Assembly: GCA_018397065.1 (NCBI GenBank)
Contig: JAGTRI010000004.1
Coordinates: 8,595 to 72,594 of the forward strand
DNA: 64,000 bases
Direction: 5' to 3'
Source: Candidatus Bathyarchaeota archaeon
GTDB lineage: Archaea; Thermoproteota; Bathyarchaeia; Bathyarchaeales; DTEX01
Both the position numbers and the translations under genes were made by a program. Below are positions 1-9,193 of the stretch, in pieces; the stretch's first letter is position 1, and every line of letters starts with the position of its first letter. Under the pieces are notes generated by a model, which worked only from the letters and a program-made list of their open reading frames with translations, made no database searches and was not told the DNA's origin.

Positions 1-146
1 CGTAAACTAAAATTCGGCAATGTGGAGTGTATCTTACATGAGAACTGACATTTCACAAACTCTAAATATGAATAGTAACCTAAATTGTTAACACATAATT
101 TTTTTGACACATGCTTACACGATTATGTAGATGAGTTGAAAGCCAA

Positions 147-1565
147 TTGCAAATCCGATTAAGGGTGGACTCATACGAGGCAGGCGTTGGAGCAGTAGGT
201 GGACTGTCAACTTTTCATAATAACTTGTATCCCAGACTTGTAAAAAGGGGTTTTGACATCAAAACCTTTTCTATGCGATTCAGCCCTGATCTTCCCACAA
301 GAGAAGAGTTTAAAGGAGTAATCATTAGGCGACCGTCAACCGATGTAGACTTGGATGTTGCCTATGCTTGGACCTACGATATTTTGCACCAGTACGGCAT
401 AAGAGTCGACTACTTGACGCCTTCGGAGATATATGTTGTCCCGAGATACTTTACTAACTTTGGCGCTGTTCCATCACCTTTCAGGATGGCAGAGGCAGAC
501 GTTTTCTCTCCACACGATTGGATGTCATATCTGAGAAGCGGATTGAACGCTTGGTTGCATCCAGACTTGGTTCAGGCAATTTTTATTCATTCAACTGAAC
601 CTGGCAGAATCGGCGGAATACAGCATTATAATCTAAATGGAACGTCCGACAAATTTGACTTGTCCGATTTTAGGTTGATGGCGAAGGAAGACTATGGCGC
701 CTCGTTCTACCAGGGGCTTCGGTTGATCCGTGACCTTGAATTCCCTTTGACTTTTAAAATCTTGCACAGGCTTTCCAACTCCGCTCTTTTTACTGTTAGC
801 CGAATCCATAGGAAAGAGTACCTTTTTGGGTTAAAAGCCCATGGAATGCGGTTTGGAGAGGTGGAGGACAGAGTTTTTGCTATTTACCATGGCGTTGACA
901 CCAGTGAGTATAGACCGTTGCCGAACATTGAGAAAAAAGGGTTCACCATAGGTTTCATTGGAAGATGCACACCTGTGAAGGGGATAGACGTTATACCTGA
1001 ACTTGCTGCGATTTTGGTTAAGAAGATTCCAGATGTGAAGTTTCATGTAGTAACTAAGACTGAACCGCAGAACTATTATTATAAGAATTTTGCAGAAAGA
1101 ATCCGAGATTTAGGTGTCAACAACACAGTAATTATTGACAACACATTCTATGTGGGCGAAGAAAAAATTAAGGTCATAAATTCATGGAACCTCACACTGG
1201 TACCCTCAAGATACGAACCTCAGGGGCAAGTGGACCTTGAATCCATGTCCTGTGGCGTTGTTCCAGCAGTAGGCATGGGCGGGCTTCGAGAAAAGGTTGT
1301 TGACGGATTCAATGGCATATGGATAAACCCTGATGATCTAAAAGAAACAGCGGAAAAAATATTTCAGTTTTATAAAGGAAATTACAATGGCAGAAGCCAA
1401 GATGAGATTGCTCGAAACTGCAGGGAATCCGCAGAAAAAATTTGGGACTGGGAGAAAAGAGCTGATGTGCATAAAGAAATTTACACCTATTTAACTGATG
1501 GCCGCGTCGATGAAATCTCCAAAGACTTGAATAGTCTTTTGTTACCTAAACCTTCAAAAATCTAG
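147..1565 (+). CDS. GT4 (GT-B fold) glycosyltransferase with an atypically long N-terminal domain
   Basis: Motifs HDW, HSTE, IYHGVD, FIGR...KG and PSRYEPQGQVDLESMSCG (E-X7-E). Confidence 0.85.
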   Translation: MQIRLRVDSYEAGVGAVGGLSTFHNNLYPRLVKRGFDIKTFSMRFSPDLPTREEFKGVIIRRPSTDVDLDVAYAWTYDILHQYGIRVDYLTPSEIYVVPRYFTNFGAVPSPFRMAEADVFSPHDWMSYLRSGLNAWLHPDLVQAIFIHSTEPGRIGGIQHYNLNGTSDKFDLSDFRLMAKEDYGASFYQGLRLIRDLEFPLTFKILHRLSNSALFTVSRIHRKEYLFGLKAHGMRFGEVEDRVFAIYHGVDTSEYRPLPNIEKKGFTIGFIGRCTPVKGIDVIPELAAILVKKIPDVKFHVVTKTEPQNYYYKNFAERIRDLGVNNTVIIDNTFYVGEEKIKVINSWNLTLVPSRYEPQGQVDLESMSCGVVPAVGMGGLREKVVDGFNGIWINPDDLKETAEKIFQFYKGNYNGRSQDEIARNCRESAEKIWDWEKRADVHKEIYTYLTDGRVDEISKDLNSLLLPKPSKI

Positions 1566-1625
1566 CATTTTTTAGGCATTTGACCGTAAAATGGCAATAA
1601 AGCTCTTAACACAAATCATCATAAT

Positions 1626-2813
1626 ATGAAGCGTGGCCACACAGAAATGAAAGTATGCATGTTAACCTGGGAGTTTCCTCCTAGAATCGTGGGAGGCATA
1701 GCTCGACACTGTTATGGCTTAACAAGGGCGCTGGTAAAACTAGGTCATGAAATACATGTTGTTACACTAGAGTTTCCCGGCGCTTCTGATTTTGAAGATG
1801 TGGAAGGCGTAAAGGTGCACCGCGTAAAGATTGAGCTTGGGCATCCTAACTTCATAACTTGGACCTTAATTTTTAATCATTTCATGGAAAAAAAGGCCGC
1901 TGCCTTAAGCTATCTCATTGACTTTGACATAATTCACGTGCACGATTGGTTAACAACTCCTTCGGGCATAACGTCAAAAAATTTTCTGAATAAGCCTATG
2001 GTTTGCACTGTTCACAGCACCGAAGTTGGTCGAGTACAACACCTAAGTAGCCCTGATTCCTACATGATTGACGGTTTAGAATGGTGGATGTTGTACGAGT
2101 CAAAGTCTGTGATAATATGCAGCAATTTCATGATGAAAGAAGTTGTCAGCCACTTTCACCTTCCGCCAGAAAAAGTAAGCATAATCCCCAACGCAATTGA
2201 CACTCATGAATATGCTTTTAATGTAGATAGGGAGGCTGTAAGAAAACGTTATGGAGTTATGCCTCACGAGAAGCTCGTTGTCTTCATTGGAAGATTGGTT
2301 CCTCAAAAAGGCGTGGAGTACCTAATCAATGCTGTACCGTTAATCGTAAGGAACCATGGGGGAACCAAGTTTCTCATAGCTGGAGACGGATGGTCCCGCA
2401 GTCATTTGGAAAGCATGGCAGCTGCAACTGGGTATGGAAACAAGATACGTTTCTTAGGCTTCATCTCAGATTCTGAACGCATAGAACTATTAAAGAGCGC
2501 TGATGTTTTAGTGATTCCCTCAATTTATGAACCATTCGGAATCGTCGCATTGGAGGGAATGGCAGCAGGCGTCCCAGTTGTCGCCTCAAATGTAGGAGGT
2601 CTCTCTGAAATCATTGAGCACGACCGAACTGGAATGCTTGCCTACTCGGAAAATTCCGAATCTATTGCTTGGTGTGTTAATAAGGTTTTATCTGACCAGG
2701 GATACGCTAATTGGATTATAGAAAACGCTAAAAAGAGGGTTAATGAAGTATATAGTTGGGAGTCTGTGGCTAGAAAGGTTTCAGAAGTATATGAAAAGAC
2801 GTGTGAGCGGTGA
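1626..2813 (+). CDS. GT4 glycosyltransferase (glycogen synthase-like)
   Basis: Motifs WEFPPRIVGGIARH, HVHDW, FIGRLVPQKG and PSIYEPFGIVALEGMAAG. Start may be the Met of MKVCML. Confidence 0.9.
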   Translation: MKRGHTEMKVCMLTWEFPPRIVGGIARHCYGLTRALVKLGHEIHVVTLEFPGASDFEDVEGVKVHRVKIELGHPNFITWTLIFNHFMEKKAAALSYLIDFDIIHVHDWLTTPSGITSKNFLNKPMVCTVHSTEVGRVQHLSSPDSYMIDGLEWWMLYESKSVIICSNFMMKEVVSHFHLPPEKVSIIPNAIDTHEYAFNVDREAVRKRYGVMPHEKLVVFIGRLVPQKGVEYLINAVPLIVRNHGGTKFLIAGDGWSRSHLESMAAATGYGNKIRFLGFISDSERIELLKSADVLVIPSIYEPFGIVALEGMAAGVPVVASNVGGLSEIIEHDRTGMLAYSENSESIAWCVNKVLSDQGYANWIIENAKKRVNEVYSWESVARKVSEVYEKTCER

Positions 2814-2819
2814 CGTGGA

Positions 2820-3077
2820 ATGGGTTTAAGGGGATACTCGATGCCTGACGAGATTTATTTTCTTTGCCTACTTCACAACATTGGCGCTATAAGCTCAGAG
2901 AAATCGTTATCTGTAGATGAAATTTCGCAGTGGACAGTTATGGATCCGCAGAAAGTAAAAGAAAATCTTGAAAAACTTATCAGCACACAGTATATACAAA
3001 AAACCTACAGAGATGGATCGGAAAGATATCATGTGACAATTAACGGAATTAGAAAAGTTCTAAGTATGTACAGCTAG
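2820..3077 (+). CDS. Small winged-helix protein
   Basis: 85 aa with a helix-turn-helix plus wing pattern ending RYHVTINGIRKV; co-oriented with the glycosyltransferases. Confidence 0.6.
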   Translation: MGLRGYSMPDEIYFLCLLHNIGAISSEKSLSVDEISQWTVMDPQKVKENLEKLISTQYIQKTYRDGSERYHVTINGIRKVLSMYS

Positions 3078-3165
3078 AACCTAAGCCCTAAACACAGAAC
3101 CAACCATTTTCCACATAACAGTAATAGGAACGTTCGCTTTATTACTGACCTCTCATAATATTATT

Positions 3166-3744
3166 TTGAAATTTATTACGCCACTTCAGGGGAAAAGCAT
3201 GGAAAAAATGTCTGAAACTAAAGCTGATATTCTCGAACTATTATGGGTAAATGATGCACCACTTAACTTTAAACAAATCACAGAAAAACTCGGTCTGAAA
3301 CCTCGCGCAGCAAACATGCATCTTTTAGGCTTGATGAAAGCCGGGTTCATCGCTAAAAACGCCAATAACGAATATACAATAACGCCTTCTGGTAGAGTAG
3401 CGCTTGGATTCCCATCAACCGACGAGAAACTTGCAAGAAAAATATTAAGCAAAACTGCGAAAGAAAAGGCTTTTTATTTTTACAAAGGAATTGGTCAACC
3501 TACAGACATCGAGGCTGACAGCCTAAATGATTTTTGTGAAAAACTTAGGACTTTGGACACAAAAATAATAGAGTTCCACACTGAAAGAGGAGATTTTGAA
3601 GCATGGGTCTCTTCTCTAGGAGACATTGAACTAGCCAAGCGGTTAAAGGTTATAAGAGGATCAAATTTGTCTGGCGAGTTACTTCGTAAAAAGACCTATG
3701 ACGCAGTGAAATCTAGATGCGATGAACTATCTAAAGCAAAATAG
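3166..3744 (+). CDS. Winged-helix regulator fused to a DUF5752-like domain
   Basis: N-terminal HTH (LNFKQITEKLGLKPRAANMHLLGLMKAGFI); C-terminal AFYFY...ADSLNDF...FHTERGDFEAWV...LGDIELA pattern. Confidence 0.7.
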   Translation: MKFITPLQGKSMEKMSETKADILELLWVNDAPLNFKQITEKLGLKPRAANMHLLGLMKAGFIAKNANNEYTITPSGRVALGFPSTDEKLARKILSKTAKEKAFYFYKGIGQPTDIEADSLNDFCEKLRTLDTKIIEFHTERGDFEAWVSSLGDIELAKRLKVIRGSNLSGELLRKKTYDAVKSRCDELSKAK

Positions 3745-3862
3745 GTTCCTTGCTCATCATTAAAGAAACACCCTTCATTACCCCTTATTATTTATATAAA
3801 AAGTCGAAGTAATCCTTTTTCAAAAAACTATTTACTCAATTTAATATTATGTGAGGATTTAG

Positions 3863-4900
3863 ATGATTGAAATTGATGGAAGCCAAAAAAGCGGCAGCGG
3901 AACAATACTTAGACTTTCCGTAGCTCTAGCTGCGATCACAAAAGAACCGCTGCATATTTTTAACATTCGCAAGAAAAGAAGAGATCCTGGACTTAGGCCT
4001 CAGCACCTAGAAGCTGTTCTGACAGCCACAAGGCTCTGTAATGCAACAATAAAAGGCGCCTCACTAGGTTCAGAAGAACTCTGGTTTGAACCTGATAAAA
4101 TTGTGGGTGGAAAAATAAAAGCTGAGATTGGAACTGCAGGAAGCATCCCAATGTTAATTTTAACAGTTTTACCTATGTGCATCTTTGCGCAGCAGCCCGT
4201 AAACCTTACGATTACAAAAGGAGGAACCGATGTCCTTCATTCTCCAACAATAAATTACATACGTTTCGTCTTACTTCCAACGTTGGAACAGATGGGCGTA
4301 AAATCAACACTTAAGGTCAACAAATATGGCTACTATCCAAAAGGCATGGGAGAAGTCACGTTAGAAGTTCAGCCTTGCACACAAATACTTCCATACAAGC
4401 GAACGGAATTTGGAAAAATCACAGAAGTAAAAGGCATCTCAGTCTGCACTTTCTTGGCTGACAGAAACGTGGCTGCGCGCCAAGCAAAAGAGGCGGAAAG
4501 ATTATTAGCACAACACGGTTATCACCCAAAAATTGAAGTAGTCAACGATTTTTCAAACCCGTTGCAGAAAGGAAGCTCTTTGGTCCTTTGGTCCTTAACG
4601 GACACTAACGTAATGTTAGGCGGCGATTCAATCGGCGAGATACAGAAACCAAGTGAAAAGGTCGCCTATGAAGCTGTAAAAAGCTTGCTGACTGAAATCC
4701 AAGCAAAAGCAACGGTTGATGTGCACTTAGCTGACATGCTTATACCATTCATAGCCTTAGCAGAGGGCGAATCAGAATATCTTACACGGATGCTAACTGA
4801 CCACATTGAATCAAACCTATGGCTCGCATCTACATTTCTCGGAGCCAAATTCAAAACCGAAAAACATAATGGATTATACAGAATAACAAAAACACAATAA
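3863..4900 (+). CDS. rtcA: RNA 3'-terminal phosphate cyclase
   Basis: MIEIDGS..SGSGTILR, PGLRPQHL, GTAGSI, GGTDV, GYYPKGMG and VDVHLADML (catalytic His). Confidence 0.95.
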   Translation: MIEIDGSQKSGSGTILRLSVALAAITKEPLHIFNIRKKRRDPGLRPQHLEAVLTATRLCNATIKGASLGSEELWFEPDKIVGGKIKAEIGTAGSIPMLILTVLPMCIFAQQPVNLTITKGGTDVLHSPTINYIRFVLLPTLEQMGVKSTLKVNKYGYYPKGMGEVTLEVQPCTQILPYKRTEFGKITEVKGISVCTFLADRNVAARQAKEAERLLAQHGYHPKIEVVNDFSNPLQKGSSLVLWSLTDTNVMLGGDSIGEIQKPSEKVAYEAVKSLLTEIQAKATVDVHLADMLIPFIALAEGESEYLTRMLTDHIESNLWLASTFLGAKFKTEKHNGLYRITKTQ

Positions 4901-4998
4901 AAAATACGCACCTCCAAAAAAGGCCTTCTCAACCAAAACGAAGCAAAATTGGATTAACCTGCACATAAACATTTTTAGCACCACCATTGAATCCATAG

Positions 4999-5140
4999 TT
5001 CCACAGTGTTTCTACAGAGCCTATATAAAGAAAAAATTCTGCGCATCCATGGAACAAACACAAAACAAGGCAAAAAAGATGACCGGACTATATATACTCT
5101 TCCCCCTAAACAACAAGCACATACAAAACAAGAAAAACAT
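4999..5140 (+). repeat. Dispersed non-coding repeat, copy A (inverted partner at ~37155-37299)
   Basis: TTCCACAGTGTTTCTACAGAGCCTATATAAAGAAAAAATTC...GACCGGACTATATATACTCTTCCCCCTAAACAACA aligns by eye to the reverse complement of 37155-37299. Confidence 0.85.
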
Positions 5141-5294
5141 GTCAATAGGCCAGAAAAAACTGCACACACTAGTTTACACGGACTGGAAAAGCATAAACAG
5201 CCCAAATGAAGCAAACAATATTACTCAAACTATAACCTTAGGGTAGCACGAAAGACAGAGTTTATAAAAAAATAAAGCCACACAAGATGAATAA

Positions 5295-5771
5295 TTGATA
5301 ATAATAGACAAGGTGATGAATATTACTAAAAGCCATCCTTACATAAAGTATCCTGGAAATGTCCATTTCGAATGTAGCCTATGCGCCTTATGTTGCGGAG
5401 ACACTGAAACCAACGTTCGAAAAATTCTTTTACTTAAAAAAGAAGCTGAAGAAATTTCTAAAAAGACCCAGAGAGACATTGAAAGTTTCGCTGAAAAAAC
5501 TGATGATAAAGCGCCATATGTCTACGTGATGAAAAAAACTAAGAATAGTAAATGCGTGTTTTTAAAAGAAAAATTATGCACTATTTATGACATAAGACCT
5601 TTGATTTGCAAGTTTTACCCATTCAAGATCGACAACCTTGGAAATCAACATTATAGGTTTTCTTACACAAAAGAATGCCCAGGCATGGGAAAAGGTTCTC
5701 AACTTAAGAAAACATTTTTTAAAATCCTATTCTCCGAATTTATCACTTCAATGAAAAAGAACAATTCATAG
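5295..5771 (+). CDS. YkgJ-family cysteine-cluster (Fe-S/Zn) protein
   Basis: FECSLCALCC, CVFL...CTIYDIRPLICKFYPF and CPGMG. Confidence 0.85.
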   Translation: MIIIDKVMNITKSHPYIKYPGNVHFECSLCALCCGDTETNVRKILLLKKEAEEISKKTQRDIESFAEKTDDKAPYVYVMKKTKNSKCVFLKEKLCTIYDIRPLICKFYPFKIDNLGNQHYRFSYTKECPGMGKGSQLKKTFFKILFSEFITSMKKNNS

Positions 5772-5841
5772 AAAAAAATAATTAACTTTTTTAAGGGGCG
5801 CCTATGTCCCGCTTTATTTTTTTAAAAGAAGAATAAAACAC

Positions 5842-6789
5842 TTACAAATCCATGACAAAGAGGAGGCAGTCCACTAGCTCCTTGTATCTGTTTCTGATAG
5901 TTACCTCAGTTACCTTCGCAATTTCAGCTATCTCCCGTTGAGTTCTTCGTTCTCCAACTAAAACCGAAGCAATGTAACTTGCCGCCGCTGCAATACCCGT
6001 GGGTCCCCTGCCAGATGTTAGCTTAAGGTTACCAGCGGTCATAAGAATCTTGTTAGCAATCTCCTCAACCTTGCCCTGCATTGTCAACTGATTTGAAAAC
6101 TTCGACACATACTGGTTTGCCCTAACTGGAGGAATAAGATAATCAAGTTCCTTAACCAAAAAGCGATAGCTCCTGCCAACCTCTCTTTTACTGACATTGG
6201 AAGCCTTAGAAATTTCCTCAAGAGTTCTCGCAAGCCCGCATTGTCTGCATGCAATGTATACAGAAGCTGCGCTAATTCCCTGAATTGACCGTCCGCGAAT
6301 AAGCCTTTCCTTTACAGCCTTCCTATATATGACTGAAGCTGTCTCAAAAATGCTTTTAGGCAACGAAAGATTGTTCGCTATCTTCGTGATCTCAGAAAGA
6401 GCAAACGCAAGATTCCGCTCCATAGCATCGGAAACCCTGATCCTCCTCTGCCACTTCCTTAGCCGGTAAATTTGAGCCTTCTGACCTGCAGAAAACTTTT
6501 TTCCGTAAATATCCCGGTCGTGCCAGTCAATCATCGTAGAAAGTCCCTTATCATGAATCGTAAAAGTTACTGGAGCGCCAGTTCGAGCTCTTTTTTCTCT
6601 TTGCTCAGTGTCAAAAGCCCGCCATTCAGGCCCTTGATCCGTCAATTTCATGTCAAGGACGAATCCACAGTCCATGCACACAACTTCTGCAGACTCATAA
6701 TCTCTCATAAGCCTAGTTCCGCCGCATTCAGTGCATCGCTGAATGTCTCTAAGACCAGGTGAAACAGATGCTTTTTTATTTTCACTCAT
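5842..6789 (-). CDS. tfb: Transcription initiation factor IIB
   Basis: Zn ribbon CTECG...CMDCG, GPEWRAF, two cyclin repeats, [23 protein letters not shown]. Confidence 0.98.
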   Translation of the reverse strand: MSENKKASVSPGLRDIQRCTECGGTRLMRDYESAEVVCMDCGFVLDMKLTDQGPEWRAFDTEQREKRARTGAPVTFTIHDKGLSTMIDWHDRDIYGKKFSAGQKAQIYRLRKWQRRIRVSDAMERNLAFALSEITKIANNLSLPKSIFETASVIYRKAVKERLIRGRSIQGISAASVYIACRQCGLARTLEEISKASNVSKREVGRSYRFLVKELDYLIPPVRANQYVSKFSNQLTMQGKVEEIANKILMTAGNLKLTSGRGPTGIAAAASYIASVLVGERRTQREIAEIAKVTEVTIRNRYKELVDCLLFVMDL

Positions 6790-7043
6790 CTTTTTCCACT
6801 CCTTTTTTTCTGTTTTGAAAGAGGCATAAAGTAAAGAAAACTTCCCACAATACTTTGATGGTCACCCGTTTTAACATCAACTAAGACATAAGGCGATACA
6901 GTTGGTCCAATAACGTCAAATATTTTCCCCACTTGCCTATTTTTTTTGTCCATCACTGTTACGCCGATTCTAGGAGTTTTTTCAGCTTTTATTACCGCTT
7001 TACCACTCGGACTGATATGAACGACTCGTCCGATTCTTTTCAA
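6786..7043 (-). CDS. gar1: H/ACA RNP protein Gar1
   Basis: [16 protein letters not shown] motif; conserved gar1-tfb adjacency. Confidence 0.9.
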   Translation of the reverse strand: MKRIGRVVHISPSGKAVIKAEKTPRIGVTVMDKKNRQVGKIFDVIGPTVSPYVLVDVKTGDHQSIVGSFLYFMPLSKQKKRSGKR

Positions 7044-7113
7044 ACCTTCAACTCCTCAAAAGACGTGAACGAAAAAACCCATATTTGTTATATAAACATT
7101 TCTCATTTCGAAT

Positions 7114-7398
7114 TCAGACCATAAGTCTCGAAATTTCATGAGCTACTTCAATGATAATCCTGTTCTTAGCCTTCGTTTTCTTTACAAGAACTAAACCGCT
7201 CTTTTTCCATGAAAAACGAGGATACGCTGCGTCCATTACTACTTTATATGAAAATCCAAGATTTGCAACTGCTTTTTCAAGCACACCCAAGTTTGGGGAT
7301 GGCTTTGAGAGCTTTTTAGGCACCTTCCTTCCCTTAGACCTTGTTTTTGTAGAATCAAAATAGACAGGCCATAAAACAACCTCATCTCGTCTCCGCAT
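7114..7398 (-). CDS. srp19: Signal recognition particle protein SRP19
   Basis: VLWPVYFDSTKTRSKGRKVPK...YPR motif. Confidence 0.95.
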   Translation of the reverse strand: MRRRDEVVLWPVYFDSTKTRSKGRKVPKKLSKPSPNLGVLEKAVANLGFSYKVVMDAAYPRFSWKKSGLVLVKKTKAKNRIIIEVAHEISRLMV

Positions 7399-7458
7399 AT
7401 TCCAGATTCACCATCATTAATATTCAAAAGACAACTCAAAAGGTGCGAAAAACTAACT

Positions 7459-7845
7459 CTATTGCGAGACTAGAATTCCGTTAAGAACCCCTGATTGCCC
7501 AGGTCTGGACGTTACCCGAACAGTTCCCATAGAAGTTTCAAGAAGCGTTCCTTTTGTGATAACACCCCTTCTGTCATAATCCACGTTAGATGGATTCTTA
7601 AGAACCCTTAATATTTCAACCCTCTTGGTTTCTCCTGTTGAAGAATCAGAGACATTCACATATTTTGTACTCACGAGACGAACTTTTAAGGTTCCTCCTC
7701 TTCCTCTTTCTTTCTTTGTCTCGTGTTCATTAATAGTAGTCATAATGGGAAAGTTTCCTTTCTCAAACCTTCGTTTACCTCTGTATGCTTTCTTTTTACC
7801 GCCTGAACGTTTCCTTTTATGTAGATTGCCATGCCAAGATGACAT
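7459..7845 (-). CDS. rps8e: 30S ribosomal protein S8e
   Basis: RKRSGG, RGRGG, RRGVITKGT and VTSRPGQSGVLNG. Confidence 0.97.
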   Translation of the reverse strand: MSSWHGNLHKRKRSGGKKKAYRGKRRFEKGNFPIMTTINEHETKKERGRGGTLKVRLVSTKYVNVSDSSTGETKRVEILRVLKNPSNVDYDRRGVITKGTLLETSMGTVRVTSRPGQSGVLNGILVSQ

Positions 7846-7913
7846 TCTTAATTCTCCTTAATAAAAAGGAAGGAACGCTCAGACTAATATAAATTTAGCG
7901 GATACAAAATGTC

Positions 7914-8522
7914 TTAACTCTCGTTAAAATTGTATTCTTCATCAGAACTAAGAGGCTTTTTCATCAATTCATTAAAGGTTCTTTTGAGTTGGCGTTTCAT
8001 TATCTTGATGTCACGGCTTAAACCAAAATAATCCGAAAAAAACTCCGTTACACGAAGAATCTTATTCCTACCATCACTTTTACGTTCAATAAGCCCCATT
8101 TCAACCAGCTGCCTAATGTGACCATAGGCGTGGGCTCCTCGAGCATCAATAACCTGCTTTTGAATTATAGGCTGCCTATAGGCAATGTACGCAAGAGTCC
8201 TAAGCGGACCATCAGACAACAAAGGCCTTACCGCAAGTTTCCTTACTTTAGCTGAAAACTCAGTTTTTAATTGAAGAACGAACCGTTCATCTTCAAGTTC
8301 TAACACCTCAAGCGGAGTTTCTAATTGCCTATATTTTTCTATTAAAGCTCTAGCTAGCTGTTGAACGCGTTTCTTCGACCGGCTTCCAACAATATACCCT
8401 AACGTTTTTGTGTCAAGGGGACGACCAGCTACATAAAGAGCAGCTTCAATTAATGCCAAATCTTTTTTGAACTTTTCCTCTTGATCTTGAGCAGTTACTT
8501 CTTCAGTTTTATTCGACATCAT
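7914..8522 (-). CDS. scpB: SMC-Scp complex subunit ScpB
   Basis: IEAALYVAGRPL, LRTLAYIAYRQPI, TEFFSDYFGL; in operon with smc. Confidence 0.93.
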   Translation of the reverse strand: MMSNKTEEVTAQDQEEKFKKDLALIEAALYVAGRPLDTKTLGYIVGSRSKKRVQQLARALIEKYRQLETPLEVLELEDERFVLQLKTEFSAKVRKLAVRPLLSDGPLRTLAYIAYRQPIIQKQVIDARGAHAYGHIRQLVEMGLIERKSDGRNKILRVTEFFSDYFGLSRDIKIMKRQLKRTFNELMKKPLSSDEEYNFNES

Positions 8523-9193
8523 TGAGCCCCATTAATTGTTACAAAGACCTCGTCAGAATTTTCCTCCTGCCATAGGGTTACCCTATTTTTTTGAGCCAAA
8601 AAAAGCAAAACTATAAAACTTCGAATTTGCTCAAGTTTTCTTAAGCCATGTACAAGGTTCGAGAAAGTAACGAGTTTTCCCTCATCTGCAAGCGTAATTA
8701 TTTTTTTCATCAGCCTTTCCATCTGCTCTTCCATCTCTATTAGATAAGCACTGATAGTAGGAATTACACCAGCTGGAGGAATGATATCAGTACTTGTAGA
8801 TGCCTTTAAGGCAAAGAGCTTCTCAGTTTTCAGAGCGTTATCTAATGCCTCAAGCAAGTTTTGAATTGTTGTTGTCGTTAACTCGTATCGTAAAGGAAGA
8901 ACTAGTGGTGGAGGAATAAAATCAGACTGTAGCTTTGGAGCCAAAGGAGCCTTCTCAAGTTCAAGAAGCATCTCAGACTTCATAAGGTACACTGTGGAAG
9001 ACGAACCAAGCGCCATTCCTGAAGCTCTGAAATCAATCTCGTTTCTTTTTTCCATCTCATCAAGAAACGACAAAAGAAGAAAAGACAAATTAATGTCCCA
9101 TGGATTCAACTTTTCCAACAATTGCAAGTCAAAAAGAATGTTCCATGGTGGACGAAAATAAAATGGCTTGTTAACATTTATCTCTGTCATCAT
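8519..9193 (-). CDS. scpA: Kleisin ScpA
   Basis: LNPWDINL N-terminus and FIVLLFLAQ...LWQEE C-terminal winged helix; lies between smc and scpB. Confidence 0.9.
   Translation of the reverse strand: MMTEINVNKPFYFRPPWNILFDLQLLEKLNPWDINLSFLLLSFLDEMEKRNEIDFRASGMALGSSSTVYLMKSEMLLELEKAPLAPKLQSDFIPPPLVLPLRYELTTTTIQNLLEALDNALKTEKLFALKASTSTDIIPPAGVIPTISAYLIEMEEQMERLMKKIITLADEGKLVTFSNLVHGLRKLEQIRSFIVLLFLAQKNRVTLWQEENSDEVFVTINGAQ

Noticed and set aside
1-48. Possible 3' end of an upstream gene (RKLKFGNVECILHEN*)
   Set aside because: Too short to support or identify.
4999-5140. Repeat element as a CRISPR leader/array or canonical ORB origin
   Set aside because: No regularly spaced direct repeats follow either copy, there is no cas or orc1/cdc6 gene in the window, and the TTCCAC..TGTTTC block does not match the TCCA-N3-GAAAC ORB layout.
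4975-5246. Short ORFs 4975-5214, 5006-5209 and 5049-5246 (and 37038-37382 at the second copy)
   Set aside because: They overlap the repeat element, have low-complexity K/Q/T or F/L/V composition, and the two copies differ by indels that break frame conservation; most likely non-coding.
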